From an uncultured Anaerolineales bacterium (GTDB lineage Bacteria > Chloroflexota > Anaerolineae > B4-G1), in the NCBI GenBank assembly GCA_964653285.1, contig CAZZEX010000003.1, positions 1,195 through 65,194 of the forward strand: a stretch of DNA of 64,000 bases. Direction: 5' to 3'. A program made the translations under genes and the position numbers. Each line of letters begins with the position of its first letter. Positions within the stretch are counted from its first letter, which is position 1. The notes beneath the pieces were generated by a model, which made no database searches, was not told where the DNA came from, and was given only the letters and a program-made list of their open reading frames with translations. Positions 11,300 through 20,764 of this stretch are shown here, in pieces.

Positions 11300-12127
11300 G
11301 TGGCACATCAAACAGGCGGTCACACATCATCCACGTACGAAGAGACTACAGGCGCTATCACCATTGCCTTGCGCCTGGTCGTCATTGTCTCTTGCTTAGC
11401 CGCCACCGCCGCAATGACTCACGGGCTGTGGGGAGCGAGGTCGCCTGCTGGGAGCGCGCCGGAGATCATCCCGCCTCCTGCTCCACCCGCTATCCCATCT
11501 GCCAATCCCCTACCATCCACCGACCAACCCCCTACCCCATCCCTTAATCCCCCCCCATCCGCCGACCAATCCGCCGTTGTCCCGCACATCGGTATCGTCG
11601 CTGGTCACCGGGGAAGTGATACGGGCGCGATGTGTCCTGACGGTCTGACTGAGGTCGAGATCAACCTCAACGTCGCCCGGCGAGTCGTCTACACCCTGCA
11701 GGCTCTTGGCTACCAGGCCGACCTGCTGGCGGAATTCGACCCGCGCCTGGAGGGCTACCGGGCCGATGCGCTCCTATCCATCCACGCCGATTCCTGCGTG
11801 GATTACCCCAATGCTACCCCGCCAGCCAGCGGGTTCAAGGTCGCCAGCGTCGAGGACAGCCTGGTGCCGGAGGAAGAGGAGCGGCTGGTCACCTGCCTGG
11901 CGCAGTGCTACGCCGCCCGCACCGGGATGTACTTTCATGCCAACAGCATCACCTACGATATGACCCGCTACCACACATTTTACGAGATTGACGGCCAGAC
12001 ACCGGGTGTCATCATTGAGACCGGCTTCATGCTGAACGATCGCTACATGCTTACCCAACGGGCCGATTTGGTAGCCCAAGGCATCGTAGATGGTATCGTC
12101 TGCTTTATCGAAGGTGAGAGACCATAA
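11300..12127 (+). CDS. N-acetylmuramoyl-L-alanine amidase (Amidase_3)
   Basis: IVAGH, E..IN, LSIHADS, IIETGF zinc motifs; N-terminal TM and Pro-rich linker. Confidence 0.88.
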   Translation: MAHQTGGHTSSTYEETTGAITIALRLVVIVSCLAATAAMTHGLWGARSPAGSAPEIIPPPAPPAIPSANPLPSTDQPPTPSLNPPPSADQSAVVPHIGIVAGHRGSDTGAMCPDGLTEVEINLNVARRVVYTLQALGYQADLLAEFDPRLEGYRADALLSIHADSCVDYPNATPPASGFKVASVEDSLVPEEEERLVTCLAQCYAARTGMYFHANSITYDMTRYHTFYEIDGQTPGVIIETGFMLNDRYMLTQRADLVAQGIVDGIVCFIEGERP

Positions 12128-12237
12128 CGAACTTCAAACTCCAAAGCCCAGAACAGTCCACCTGACCATCTGAGTGCATGGTCAATTATCCCTGGGATAC
12201 CACTTCCTGACAAATATATTACACGAGGAGGTACAAG

Positions 12238-14253
12238 ATGTACTGTGCCAAGAATCCCAAAGCCGGACTGTTGGTTGGAGACGGCCCCGCCACCCCGGCC
12301 GATCTCGACGTCATCCGCCAGGCCGGACTGGAGGCGCTCAAACTGCGGGCCATCGTCAACCCAGCCTCTGACCTGTCCGCCTATCGGGACATCGGGGTCC
12401 ACACTTTCTTGATCCAACTCCTCAGCCCGGAGCCAGGCAAACACCCCACCTCCCCACAGGAGTTCGTGGACTACTTCGCCCCGGCTATGGAAGCGTTCGT
12501 CCGAGCCAGCGTATGCGAATTCGAGGTACACGGCGAGCCCAACCTGCCCGAGCGCGGATATGGCGTCTCCTGGGACAGCCCCGCCGCCTTCGGCGACTGG
12601 TTCGTCGCCGTCGTGGAGGCGCTCAAGACGACCTTTGGCCCACAGGTACGGGCGGGATTCCCCGGCCTCATCCCCCCACCGCCCCGACAGCCGGGGGCCG
12701 CGCCTGCCGTCTCCCAGAGCGACTTCCTGGGAGCCTGCGCTGACGCTGTGCAGGAGGCCGACTTCATCTGCTGCCACGTCTACTGGGACAGCGCTGAGAA
12801 GTTGCGCGCCTTCGACGGCGGTGTGCGCTTCATCCGCCAGTACCTGGAGACCTTCCCGACCGCCCCACTGGTCATCTCCGAATTTGCCAATGTCAACCCC
12901 AACACCAACAGTGCCGTCAAGGGCGACCAATACGCCGAGTTCTACTTCACCTGCGCCCAGTACGACGAGTGCCGTTACGATTGGCCCTGGTACCAGGCGT
13001 TCTGGCCACGCATCCAGGCCGCCTACGCATTTCTCCTCCGCTCGCCCGATCCTACCTATGCCTCACAGGTTTGGATGGACGCCGATAGCCAGCCCCGCAC
13101 GGTCGTCGCCCGGGTCGCAACCCGCTCCCGCATGCCTCTTCCTGCTGCCATGCGTTTCACCTGGCCCACCGAGTTCCGCCACTATACCCAGTTCTACGGC
13201 GAGAATCAACAGAGTTATTATGACACATCCTATGCCCATTCGCTGCACGGCGGTCACAATGGAGTGGACCTGCAGGTCAATCGCGACGACCCGGCCAGTT
13301 CTCCCATCCGTGCCTGCCTGGACGGCGTCGTGACTCGCAAGAAAATGATTGAAACCGGCTATGGCCACCACGTCTACGTCAGCAGCCAGGTGGAGGGTAT
13401 GGGGCAGGTAACGCTGCTCTACGCCCACATGACTCACGTGCCGGTGGAGGAAGGGCAGGCAGTGCAGGCCGGACAGGTGATCGGCACTGCTGGCGAGACG
13501 GGCGCGAGCACTGGCCCGCACCTGCACCTTTCGCTGAAGATCGAGGGGATGAAGTTGCCCGCCAATGCTGATTACCTCAACCCGCGTCCTTACCTCGATC
13601 CACCTCCACCGCCACGCGGACGGCCCCGTACCCCGTACTCCCGCACCTACGTACTCCTCCCGCCGGAGGCCGACGCGATGTGGGCTCAGGCGGTGGTGGA
13701 TGCGGCCTGGGACGCGCACCGCTTCACCATCGGCGGCAGTGCCGACGACGCCGGCATCGGCGACCTGGACTTCCGCCGCGTCGTCGCCGTCAATCCCACT
13801 GCCTGGGGCGATGACCTGTTCGCTTTTTTCGAGACCTATTACCCGGGCATCGTCTATGTACCCGTAGACGCGGAGAGCCCCGACGCACTGAGAGCCGCCA
13901 TGGAGGCCCTGCCTGAGATGCCAACTCAGCCGCCTACGCAGCCCGAACCACCTCGGGGGAGGCCCCGCGCCCCTTATGCCCGCACCTACGTGCTGTTGCC
14001 ACCGGGAGCCGACGCTGCCTGGGCCACCAGTGTCGTCGGAGGGGCCTGGGATGTGCACCGCTTCACTATCGGCGGCAGTGCCGACGACGCCGGCATCGGC
14101 GACCTGGACTTCCGCCGCGTCGTCGCCGTCAATCCCTCTGCCTGGGGCGACGACCTGTTCGCCTTTTTCGAGACCCATTACCCGAGCGTCCTCTACGTCC
14201 CCCTCGTGGCGGACACGCCGCAAGAACTGGCAGAGCGGCTGGGGGAACTCTGA
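12238..14253 (+). CDS. Multidomain cell-wall hydrolase: GH-like barrel, M23 peptidase, two tandem C-terminal domains
   Basis: HNGVD and STGPHLH M23 motifs; GEPN and ISEF in N-terminal part; duplicated C-terminal domain. Confidence 0.8.
   Translation: MYCAKNPKAGLLVGDGPATPADLDVIRQAGLEALKLRAIVNPASDLSAYRDIGVHTFLIQLLSPEPGKHPTSPQEFVDYFAPAMEAFVRASVCEFEVHGEPNLPERGYGVSWDSPAAFGDWFVAVVEALKTTFGPQVRAGFPGLIPPPPRQPGAAPAVSQSDFLGACADAVQEADFICCHVYWDSAEKLRAFDGGVRFIRQYLETFPTAPLVISEFANVNPNTNSAVKGDQYAEFYFTCAQYDECRYDWPWYQAFWPRIQAAYAFLLRSPDPTYASQVWMDADSQPRTVVARVATRSRMPLPAAMRFTWPTEFRHYTQFYGENQQSYYDTSYAHSLHGGHNGVDLQVNRDDPASSPIRACLDGVVTRKKMIETGYGHHVYVSSQVEGMGQVTLLYAHMTHVPVEEGQAVQAGQVIGTAGETGASTGPHLHLSLKIEGMKLPANADYLNPRPYLDPPPPPRGRPRTPYSRTYVLLPPEADAMWAQAVVDAAWDAHRFTIGGSADDAGIGDLDFRRVVAVNPTAWGDDLFAFFETYYPGIVYVPVDAESPDALRAAMEALPEMPTQPPTQPEPPRGRPRAPYARTYVLLPPGADAAWATSVVGGAWDVHRFTIGGSADDAGIGDLDFRRVVAVNPSAWGDDLFAFFETHYPSVLYVPLVADTPQELAERLGEL
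13615..14205 (+). repeat. Intragenic ~250-bp direct repeat (13615-13866 and 13954-14205)
   Basis: Near-identical DNA encoding RGRPR.PY.RTYVLLPP...HRFTIGGSADDAGIGDLDFRRVVAVNP. Confidence 0.9.
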
Positions 14254-14266
14254 TAGACAGCAGGAT

Positions 14267-15277
14267 ATGATGGAGAACCGTATTGCTACCCTGCTACGGG
14301 ATGGTCAGGTCGCAGCCCGCGCTGGTCAGAGAGCCAGGGCACGGCGTAAATTCCGCGCCGCGCTGGTCTTCGATCCTGCCAACGTGACCGCTTTGTTGTG
14401 GTTGGCGTGGCTCAGCGACGATCCCCGCGCCAGCCTGGCCTACATCGCTCGCGCGCTGACCTGCGACTCTCAAAACCACCGCACTCACGCCGCGCTGCGC
14501 TGGGCGCGCCGACGTGCGATCTCCCATGTGCCCCAAGAATCGCCATCTTCGCCCACATCTGCTGCACCGACATCCCGCCGCCGGCGGAGCCACAGTGTCG
14601 CCGCCGTCACACTGGGCCTGCTGGTCATCCTCATCGGCAGTGCGCTGGCCTGGTCTCTGCCGGCAGATATGCCTGTGTTAGCCGCGCTGGCCTCCACCCC
14701 CTCCCCAACTGCCACTGCTACCGCCAGTCCCACGCCCACCCCTACCCCCACACCCACTCTCACTCCTACTCACACACCCATTCTTCTCACTCCTACTCAC
14801 ACACCCACTCCTACCCCCACTTCCACCCCCTCCCACACCCCTACAGCCATGCCTCGTTCCGTCCTGCCCACCGCGCCGCCACTCCCGCCGAGTTTGACGC
14901 CAGCCCCCCCGTCTATTCATAGCAACGTGCGCTGGATAGATGTGGATCTGACCCACCAGAGGCTCACCGCCTACGAGGGACAGACGCTAGTGCGTACGAC
15001 CCTCGTCTCTACGGGATTATCGCGCACGCTCACGCCCGCCGGCCGGTATCGCATCTGGATCAAACTGCGCTACGACGACATGAGCGGCCCCGGCTACTAT
15101 TTGCCCAACGTGCCCTACACGATGTACTTCTACCGGGGCTATGGCCTGCATGGCACCTACTGGCACAACAACTTCGGCCACCCGATGAGCCACGGCTGCG
15201 TCAACCTGCCTACGCGGGAGGCGGAATGGTTCTTCAACTGGGCCAAAGTAGGGACGATGGTCAACATCCACTACTGA
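14267..15277 (+). CDS. L,D-transpeptidase (YkuD) with TPR-like N-terminus, TM and Thr/Pro linker
   Basis: LHGTYWH...SHGCVN catalytic motif. Confidence 0.9.
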   Translation: MMENRIATLLRDGQVAARAGQRARARRKFRAALVFDPANVTALLWLAWLSDDPRASLAYIARALTCDSQNHRTHAALRWARRRAISHVPQESPSSPTSAAPTSRRRRSHSVAAVTLGLLVILIGSALAWSLPADMPVLAALASTPSPTATATASPTPTPTPTPTLTPTHTPILLTPTHTPTPTPTSTPSHTPTAMPRSVLPTAPPLPPSLTPAPPSIHSNVRWIDVDLTHQRLTAYEGQTLVRTTLVSTGLSRTLTPAGRYRIWIKLRYDDMSGPGYYLPNVPYTMYFYRGYGLHGTYWHNNFGHPMSHGCVNLPTREAEWFFNWAKVGTMVNIHY

Positions 15278-15315
15278 GAGATATGGGGGGGATACTTTCA
15301 GCCCAGGAGGGCACA

Positions 15316-16119
15316 GTGAAACGATATCGCGTAAAACCGGGCAGCCAGATCAACCTGAGCCAGTGGGATCCAAACGACAAGAGCGCGTTTGACGGAAGCA
15401 AACAGGAAGCACGGGAGGCACTACGAACACTCAACGAGCGACTGGAGGCGCTGCAAGAACTGCTCTACGCAGAACACAAACACAAAGTGCTCATTGTGCT
15501 GCAGGCAATGGATACCGGCGGCAAGGACGGCACCATTCGCCACGTCTTCGAGGGCGTAAATCCTCAGGGCGTGAAGGTGGCCGGCTTCAAAGTGCCCACA
15601 CCGGAGGAACTGGCCCACGACTTCCTGTGGCGGGTGCACAAACAGGTGCCGGGCAAGGGCGAGATCGTCATCTTCAACCGTAGCCACTATGAGGACGTCT
15701 TGGTCGTCCGGGTACATAACCTGGTGCCGCCGGCAGTGTGGGGTCGGCGGTATGCCCACGTCAACGACTTCGAGCGGATGTTGGCCAAAGAGGGCACGGC
15801 GATCCTGAAGTTCTTCCTGCACATCAGCCTGGACGAGCAGAAGGAGCGGTTGCAGGCCCGGCTGGACGAGCCGCACAAACGCTGGAAGTTCCACCTGGGC
15901 GACCTGGATGAGCGCAAGTTATGGCCGGAGTACACGCGAGCCTACGAGGATGTCCTCAGCAAGACCAGCACCGAGCAGGCACCCTGGTACATCGTCCCGG
16001 CCAACCGCAAGTGGTACCGCAACCTGGTGGTGGCTACTGTCCTGGTGGAGACGCTGGAAGGTCTAGACATGAGCTACCCTCAGCCAGAGGAGGGGCTGGA
16101 CGACGTGGTGATTGAATGA
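15316..16119 (+). CDS. ppk2: Polyphosphate kinase 2 family protein
   Basis: QAMDTGGKDG, FNRSHYEDV, PWYIVPA. Confidence 0.92.
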   Translation: MKRYRVKPGSQINLSQWDPNDKSAFDGSKQEAREALRTLNERLEALQELLYAEHKHKVLIVLQAMDTGGKDGTIRHVFEGVNPQGVKVAGFKVPTPEELAHDFLWRVHKQVPGKGEIVIFNRSHYEDVLVVRVHNLVPPAVWGRRYAHVNDFERMLAKEGTAILKFFLHISLDEQKERLQARLDEPHKRWKFHLGDLDERKLWPEYTRAYEDVLSKTSTEQAPWYIVPANRKWYRNLVVATVLVETLEGLDMSYPQPEEGLDDVVIE

Positions 16120-16200
16120 TCCTAACCAGACCGTGACCCTATCCCAACCAACCAAACGCCCCTTCGCTGTCCCGGTCGGAAAAGGTTGCACCACAAGCGT

Positions 16201-17274
16201 ATGAGCAAACGCATCGCTTTTCTTGTTGCCCTGACCGCTCTCTACCTTCTGCCCACCCTGCTGACCTCTTGCAGGGCTGAGATCGTGGAAGGCCGGGCCA
16301 CACCCACCGCTCCAGCGGCCACGAGCACCATGCCCCCCCGCCCACACCCCCACACCCCCACACCCACCTCCCCTCCAGACTCCGCCCCAATCCCCACGAA
16401 CCCGCCGCCCGTCGAACACGGTCTCGTCGAGCACACCGTCCAACCCGGCGACACCTTGCTGGGTCTGGCCACAGCGTACGACGTGCCGATGGCCGCGATC
16501 CAACTCCAGAACGGAATGGGCGATTCCGCCGTCGTAAAGGTGGGACAGGTGCTCTCCATCCCCCCGCGAGTTGGTTGGGAGGGGGCCTCGCGCTTCTGGG
16601 TCGTGCACGTAGTGAAAGCAGGCGAGACGCTGGTCGGCATCGCCCGGACCTACGGCCTGAAAGCAGCGACGCTCAAGGCTGTCAACGGATTGGCCGACGC
16701 CGACCTGATTGTGATTGGCCAGGAACTGGTGCTCCCGCTGGACGCACCGGCCGTGGCGCGCGCGCCGGAGCCCACCGCCACGCCGATACCGCCGCCCATC
16801 CCAACCCGCAGCCCGACCACAGATGCCGTCGGCACGTCACCCCCGCCGACCACCGCGCCAGCCGCCCCGCCACCCGCTGACGTCGCGGCCTGGCCCCACG
16901 AAACGGTGCGGCTGATCAATGAAGTGCGCGCTCAGCACGGCCTGGGGCCGCTGGCCTACAACGAGACGCTGGCGCTGGCGGCCCAGGGGCAGGCGAACGA
17001 CTGCGCCCAGCGCGGCTGGTGCAGTCACACCGGCTCTGACGGTTCGAACATCAAGACGCGCATCCTGCGCGCAGGCTACGAACCCGCCAGTTGGGCGGAG
17101 TGTTGGGCACAAAGAAAGACACCCCAGGGCGCGGTGGACATCTGGATGGACGAGGTGCCACCCAACGATCCGCACCGGCGCACATTGCTCACCACCCATC
17201 TTTCGGAAATCGGCGTGGGCGTGGCCGAGACCAGTTGGGGCTACTACTTCATCGCCGACTTCGGCCGGCCGTGA
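16201..17274 (+). CDS. Lipoprotein with two LysM domains and a CAP/SCP domain
   Basis: LTSC lipobox; HTVQPGDTL and HVVKAGETL; CSHTGSDGS...HRRTLL. Confidence 0.87.
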   Translation: MSKRIAFLVALTALYLLPTLLTSCRAEIVEGRATPTAPAATSTMPPRPHPHTPTPTSPPDSAPIPTNPPPVEHGLVEHTVQPGDTLLGLATAYDVPMAAIQLQNGMGDSAVVKVGQVLSIPPRVGWEGASRFWVVHVVKAGETLVGIARTYGLKAATLKAVNGLADADLIVIGQELVLPLDAPAVARAPEPTATPIPPPIPTRSPTTDAVGTSPPPTTAPAAPPPADVAAWPHETVRLINEVRAQHGLGPLAYNETLALAAQGQANDCAQRGWCSHTGSDGSNIKTRILRAGYEPASWAECWAQRKTPQGAVDIWMDEVPPNDPHRRTLLTTHLSEIGVGVAETSWGYYFIADFGRP

Positions 17275-17292
17275 TGCGGTCCGGCGGCTTCC

Positions 17293-17320
17293 TTGACATC
17301 CCGCCCACCCTGACTACAAT
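17293..17320 (+). promoter_or_regulatory. Sigma70-type promoter upstream of coaX
   Basis: TTGACA-16-TACAAT. Confidence 0.6.
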
Positions 17321-17386
17321 ACCTCCGCCACGGACCTGCGCGGCTGTGAGTCTTACTCGACAACAACCCAATGCACCGCTTTCCGG

Positions 17387-17420
17387 TGCCGCTGGGATCG
17401 CCGAGGCGACCGAGACGGCA
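17387..17420 (+). promoter_or_regulatory. pan-RNA-motif-like leader hairpin
   Basis: TGCCG-CT-g-GG-A-TCGC-cgag-GCGA-CC-g-AG-A-CGGCA stem with two bulged adenosines, upstream of pantothenate kinase. Confidence 0.5.
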
Positions 17421-17516
17421 GCAAGGAAGCGATCCACTGCTCCCCTTGCCGCCCCACGCCTCCCCATCCCACACTTGTCCACTTGCAAACTTGCACACCT
17501 GTACAAGGAGAGACCA

Positions 17517-18281
17517 ATGCTACTCGCCATAGACATCGGCAACACCAACATCACCTTCGGGCTGTACGAAGGAGAGACACTGAAGCCGCACTGGCGCATC
17601 CGCACAATTCACGAGAAAATGCCCGACGAGTACGGCATCCTGCTGGACCAACTGTTCCGCCACCGGGGCTATCGGCCCGAGCAGGTGACCGACATCGCCA
17701 TCGCCAGCGTCGTGCCGCCGCTGACTCCAGTCTTCGTGCAGGCCTGCCAGGACTACCTGGGGCAGACGCCGCTGGTGGTGGACACGGGGGTGCGGACCGG
17801 CGTGCGCATCCGCTACGACAACCCACGGGAGGTGGGAGCCGACCGGGTGGTGGACGCCGCCGCCGTGCGGGCTCTCTACGGCGTGCCGGCCTGCGTGGTG
17901 GATTTCGGCACTGCCACTACCTTCGATGCTGTGTCGGCGGAGGGGGACTATCTGGGCGGGGCCATCGCCCCCGGCATCGGCATCGCCGCCCAGGCCCTCT
18001 TCGAGCGCACCGCCAAACTGCCCCGAGTGGAACTGGCCCGCCCGCCGTCGGCTATCGGGCGCAATACCGCCCACAGCATCCAATCCGGCCTACTCTTTGG
18101 CTACGTCGGTCTGGTAGAGGGAATGGTGGCCCGCTTCAAGGCCGAGTTGGGGCCCCAGACCCGCATCGTCGCCACGGGGGGCCTGGCGGAGATCATCGCC
18201 CGCGAGACGGAGGTCATAGACGTGGTGGACCCGTGGCTGACGTTGCACGGCCTGCGCATCATCTACGAACTGAACCGGTAG
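17517..18281 (+). CDS. coaX: Type III pantothenate kinase
   Basis: AIDIGNT, VGADR, VDFGTATT. Confidence 0.95.
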   Translation: MLLAIDIGNTNITFGLYEGETLKPHWRIRTIHEKMPDEYGILLDQLFRHRGYRPEQVTDIAIASVVPPLTPVFVQACQDYLGQTPLVVDTGVRTGVRIRYDNPREVGADRVVDAAAVRALYGVPACVVDFGTATTFDAVSAEGDYLGGAIAPGIGIAAQALFERTAKLPRVELARPPSAIGRNTAHSIQSGLLFGYVGLVEGMVARFKAELGPQTRIVATGGLAEIIARETEVIDVVDPWLTLHGLRIIYELNR

Positions 18282-18297
18282 GAGTGGGAAACTCTAC

Positions 18298-18326
18298 TTG
18301 CACCTTTCAGGGCTATGTGCTATAAT
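18298..18326 (+). promoter_or_regulatory. Internal promoter for MNT-HEPN pair
   Basis: TTGCAC-17-TATAAT with TG extension. Confidence 0.55.
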
Positions 18327-18360
18327 TAGCACACAGAGAGGTGAAAACGAGGTAAGAACC

Positions 18361-18987
18361 ATGCGCTATACCCACCCACTGGACGACCTGCTCAGCAGCC
18401 AGGCCCGGCTGAGAATCCTGCGCTATCTCTGCACCGTCGAAGGCGAGCATACCGGGCGGGAGATCGCCCGCGCCATCGGGATGGGGGAGACGCCCACTCA
18501 CCGGGCCTTGAAAGAGTTAGCCGACACGCTGATCGTGCTCTATCGCGTGGCCGGACGTGCCCACTACTACCGCCTGAACGAGCACCACGCCCTGATAGAA
18601 CGGGTACTGCGTCCCCTGTTCGCGGCAGAGAAGGCTCAACGGGATGCCGCCGTTGCCGAACTGCTGGCCGGGATGGACGTTCCCCTGGATGCGGCGCTGA
18701 TCTACGGCAGCGTGGCACGGGAGGAGGATACCTGGCGCTCCGACCTGGACATCCTCTTGGTGACACCCACGGCCGACGACGCTTGCCGGGCCGCCGAATG
18801 CCTGTGGCAGCGCGATGCGGACATGCTCAGGCACTACGGGGTGATCTCGGTTCAGGCTCTATCCAGGGGCGAACTGGCCGCCAGGGTACAGCGCGGCGAG
18901 AAGTGGCTAGTGGAGGCCCTACGGGACGGCGTAGTTGTCAGAGGCACGTTCCCCCGGCGCCTGTTGCGTGGGCAGGCGCCGGCCTGA
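18361..18987 (+). CDS. wHTH plus minimal nucleotidyltransferase (MNT) antitoxin-like protein
   Basis: N-terminal HTH (TGREIARAIG); YGSVAREE...SDLDILL. Confidence 0.8.
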   Translation: MRYTHPLDDLLSSQARLRILRYLCTVEGEHTGREIARAIGMGETPTHRALKELADTLIVLYRVAGRAHYYRLNEHHALIERVLRPLFAAEKAQRDAAVAELLAGMDVPLDAALIYGSVAREEDTWRSDLDILLVTPTADDACRAAECLWQRDADMLRHYGVISVQALSRGELAARVQRGEKWLVEALRDGVVVRGTFPRRLLRGQAPA

Positions 18988-19010
18988 GCCCGTTGAAAGA
19001 ATATGTCGTG

Positions 19011-19454
19011 ATGGTCAAGAAGGCCAGACGGCGCACTCGGCGCTCCGACACGGCGCGCATTCATGCGGTTGGGCCGGCCGCCTGGCGGAACTACCTGCGG
19101 CGTGCCCAACAGACCCGGCGGGCGATGCAACGTTCCGCCGCAGAGGAGGACTGGGCTGCCGTGGCCGCCATCGCCCCCACCTGCGCTATCGCTGCCGCCG
19201 ACGCAGTGGTGGCGAGGATGGCCGGCGTGGTGGCCAGAGACGAAGATCACGCGGCTGTCGTAGAACTGCTACTGGCCCACGGTAGTGAACTGGAGGGGGT
19301 GCAGCGGGCGGCACAACATCTGCGCCGGCTGTTGGAGCGCAAGACCACAGCCCAGTACGGTGAGGAGCCCGTCACCGCCTCGATGGCACGGGATATGCTG
19401 ACCCATGCCGAGCGGTTGTTAGCCTGGGCAGAGAGGCAACTCGAAAATTCTTGA
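19011..19454 (+). CDS. HEPN domain protein
   Basis: All-helical 147 aa after MNT; AIAAADA, EDH, RKTTAQY. Confidence 0.7.
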   Translation: MVKKARRRTRRSDTARIHAVGPAAWRNYLRRAQQTRRAMQRSAAEEDWAAVAAIAPTCAIAAADAVVARMAGVVARDEDHAAVVELLLAHGSELEGVQRAAQHLRRLLERKTTAQYGEEPVTASMARDMLTHAERLLAWAERQLENS

Positions 19455-19464
19455 GGGTACGCGA

Positions 19465-20709
19465 ATGGAACCCGTCCCCCTACTCGAAGACAAGCGTATT
19501 ATCCTGGGCATCACCGGCGGCATCGCCGCCTACAAGATCGGCACGCTGGCCAGCCACCTGACCCAGGCCGGGGCGCAGGTGGACGTGGTGATGACGGAAC
19601 CGGCGACCCGCTTCGTCGCGCCACTGACCTTCGGGGCGCTGACCGGCCGGCCCGCCTACACCGACATGTGGCGCACGTCCAGTGAGGGGTTGCCCACCCA
19701 CATCGCCCACGTGGGGCTGGCCCACGCCGCCGACCTGCTGGTCATTGCCCCAGCCACCGCCAACACGCTGGCGAAACTGGCGACGGGCCTGGCTGACAAT
19801 ATCCTCACCACTCTGGCGCTGGCTGCCTCCTGCCCGATGCTGGCGGCCCCGGCGATGGACGCCGGAATGTGGACCCACCCGGCCACCCAGGCCAATGTCA
19901 CCACGCTGCGGGAGCGGGGAGTCCACTTCGCTGGCCCGGTCCGCGGGCGAATGGCCTCCGGCCTGGAAGGAGAGGGCCGCATGATGGAGCCCGACGAAAT
20001 CCTGGGCCACATCCGCCTGGTGCTGGGACGGGATGGCCCCCTGGCCGGACGGCGGGTCGTCGTCACAGCCGGCCCCACTCGCGAGCCGCTCGACCCGGTT
20101 CGCTTCCTCAGCAATCCCTCCTCCGGCCAACAAGGCTTCGCCCTGGCCCAGGCGGCGCTGGACCGGGGAGCGGCAGTCACGCTCATCACCGGCCCCACAC
20201 ACCTGCCTACGCCGGTGGGGGCGGAACGGGTGGACGTCACCACCGCCCAGGAGATGCACGATGGTGTGATCTCCGCCGTGAGACAAGCCGATGCGCTGCT
20301 GATGGCGGCCGCCGTGGCCGACTACCGCCCGGTCACCGCCGCTCCGCAGAAGATCAAGAAGGAAGAGGGAGATCTGAACCTGCACATGGTTCGCACGCCG
20401 GACGTCCTCTCCGCCGTCGCCGTCCAGTGGACAGAGACCGGCTTCCCCCGCGTCGTGGTCGGCTTCGCCGCCGAAAGCGAGGCCCTGGTGGAGAACGCCC
20501 GCGCCAAGTTGGCGGCCAAGAACCTGGACCTCATCGTCGCCAACGACATTACTGCGCCGGATGCGGGCTTTGGTGCGGAGAACAACCGTGTAGTGCTGAT
20601 CGGGCGGGACAGCAGCGTGGAGGAACTGCCGTTGATGAGCAAGGCCGCCGTCGCCGACGTCATCCTCGACCGCCTCCTACCCCTCCTGACCGACCAATCA
20701 ACTGACTAA
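19465..20709 (+). CDS. coaBC: Phosphopantothenoylcysteine decarboxylase/ligase
   Basis: GITGGIAAYK, APATAN, TAGPTREPLDPVRF, GFAAE. Confidence 0.96.
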   Translation: MEPVPLLEDKRIILGITGGIAAYKIGTLASHLTQAGAQVDVVMTEPATRFVAPLTFGALTGRPAYTDMWRTSSEGLPTHIAHVGLAHAADLLVIAPATANTLAKLATGLADNILTTLALAASCPMLAAPAMDAGMWTHPATQANVTTLRERGVHFAGPVRGRMASGLEGEGRMMEPDEILGHIRLVLGRDGPLAGRRVVVTAGPTREPLDPVRFLSNPSSGQQGFALAQAALDRGAAVTLITGPTHLPTPVGAERVDVTTAQEMHDGVISAVRQADALLMAAAVADYRPVTAAPQKIKKEEGDLNLHMVRTPDVLSAVAVQWTETGFPRVVVGFAAESEALVENARAKLAAKNLDLIVANDITAPDAGFGAENNRVVLIGRDSSVEELPLMSKAAVADVILDRLLPLLTDQSTD

Positions 20710-20764
20710 CCAACCAGCAGGGGCCTCTTGACACTCCATTCAATGGGGGTACAATAACCTTGCC

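Noticed and set aside
14690-14850. Thr-Pro tandem repeats (also 16300-16400 and 20930-20955)
   Set aside because: Ordinary linker-coding repeats in secreted proteins.
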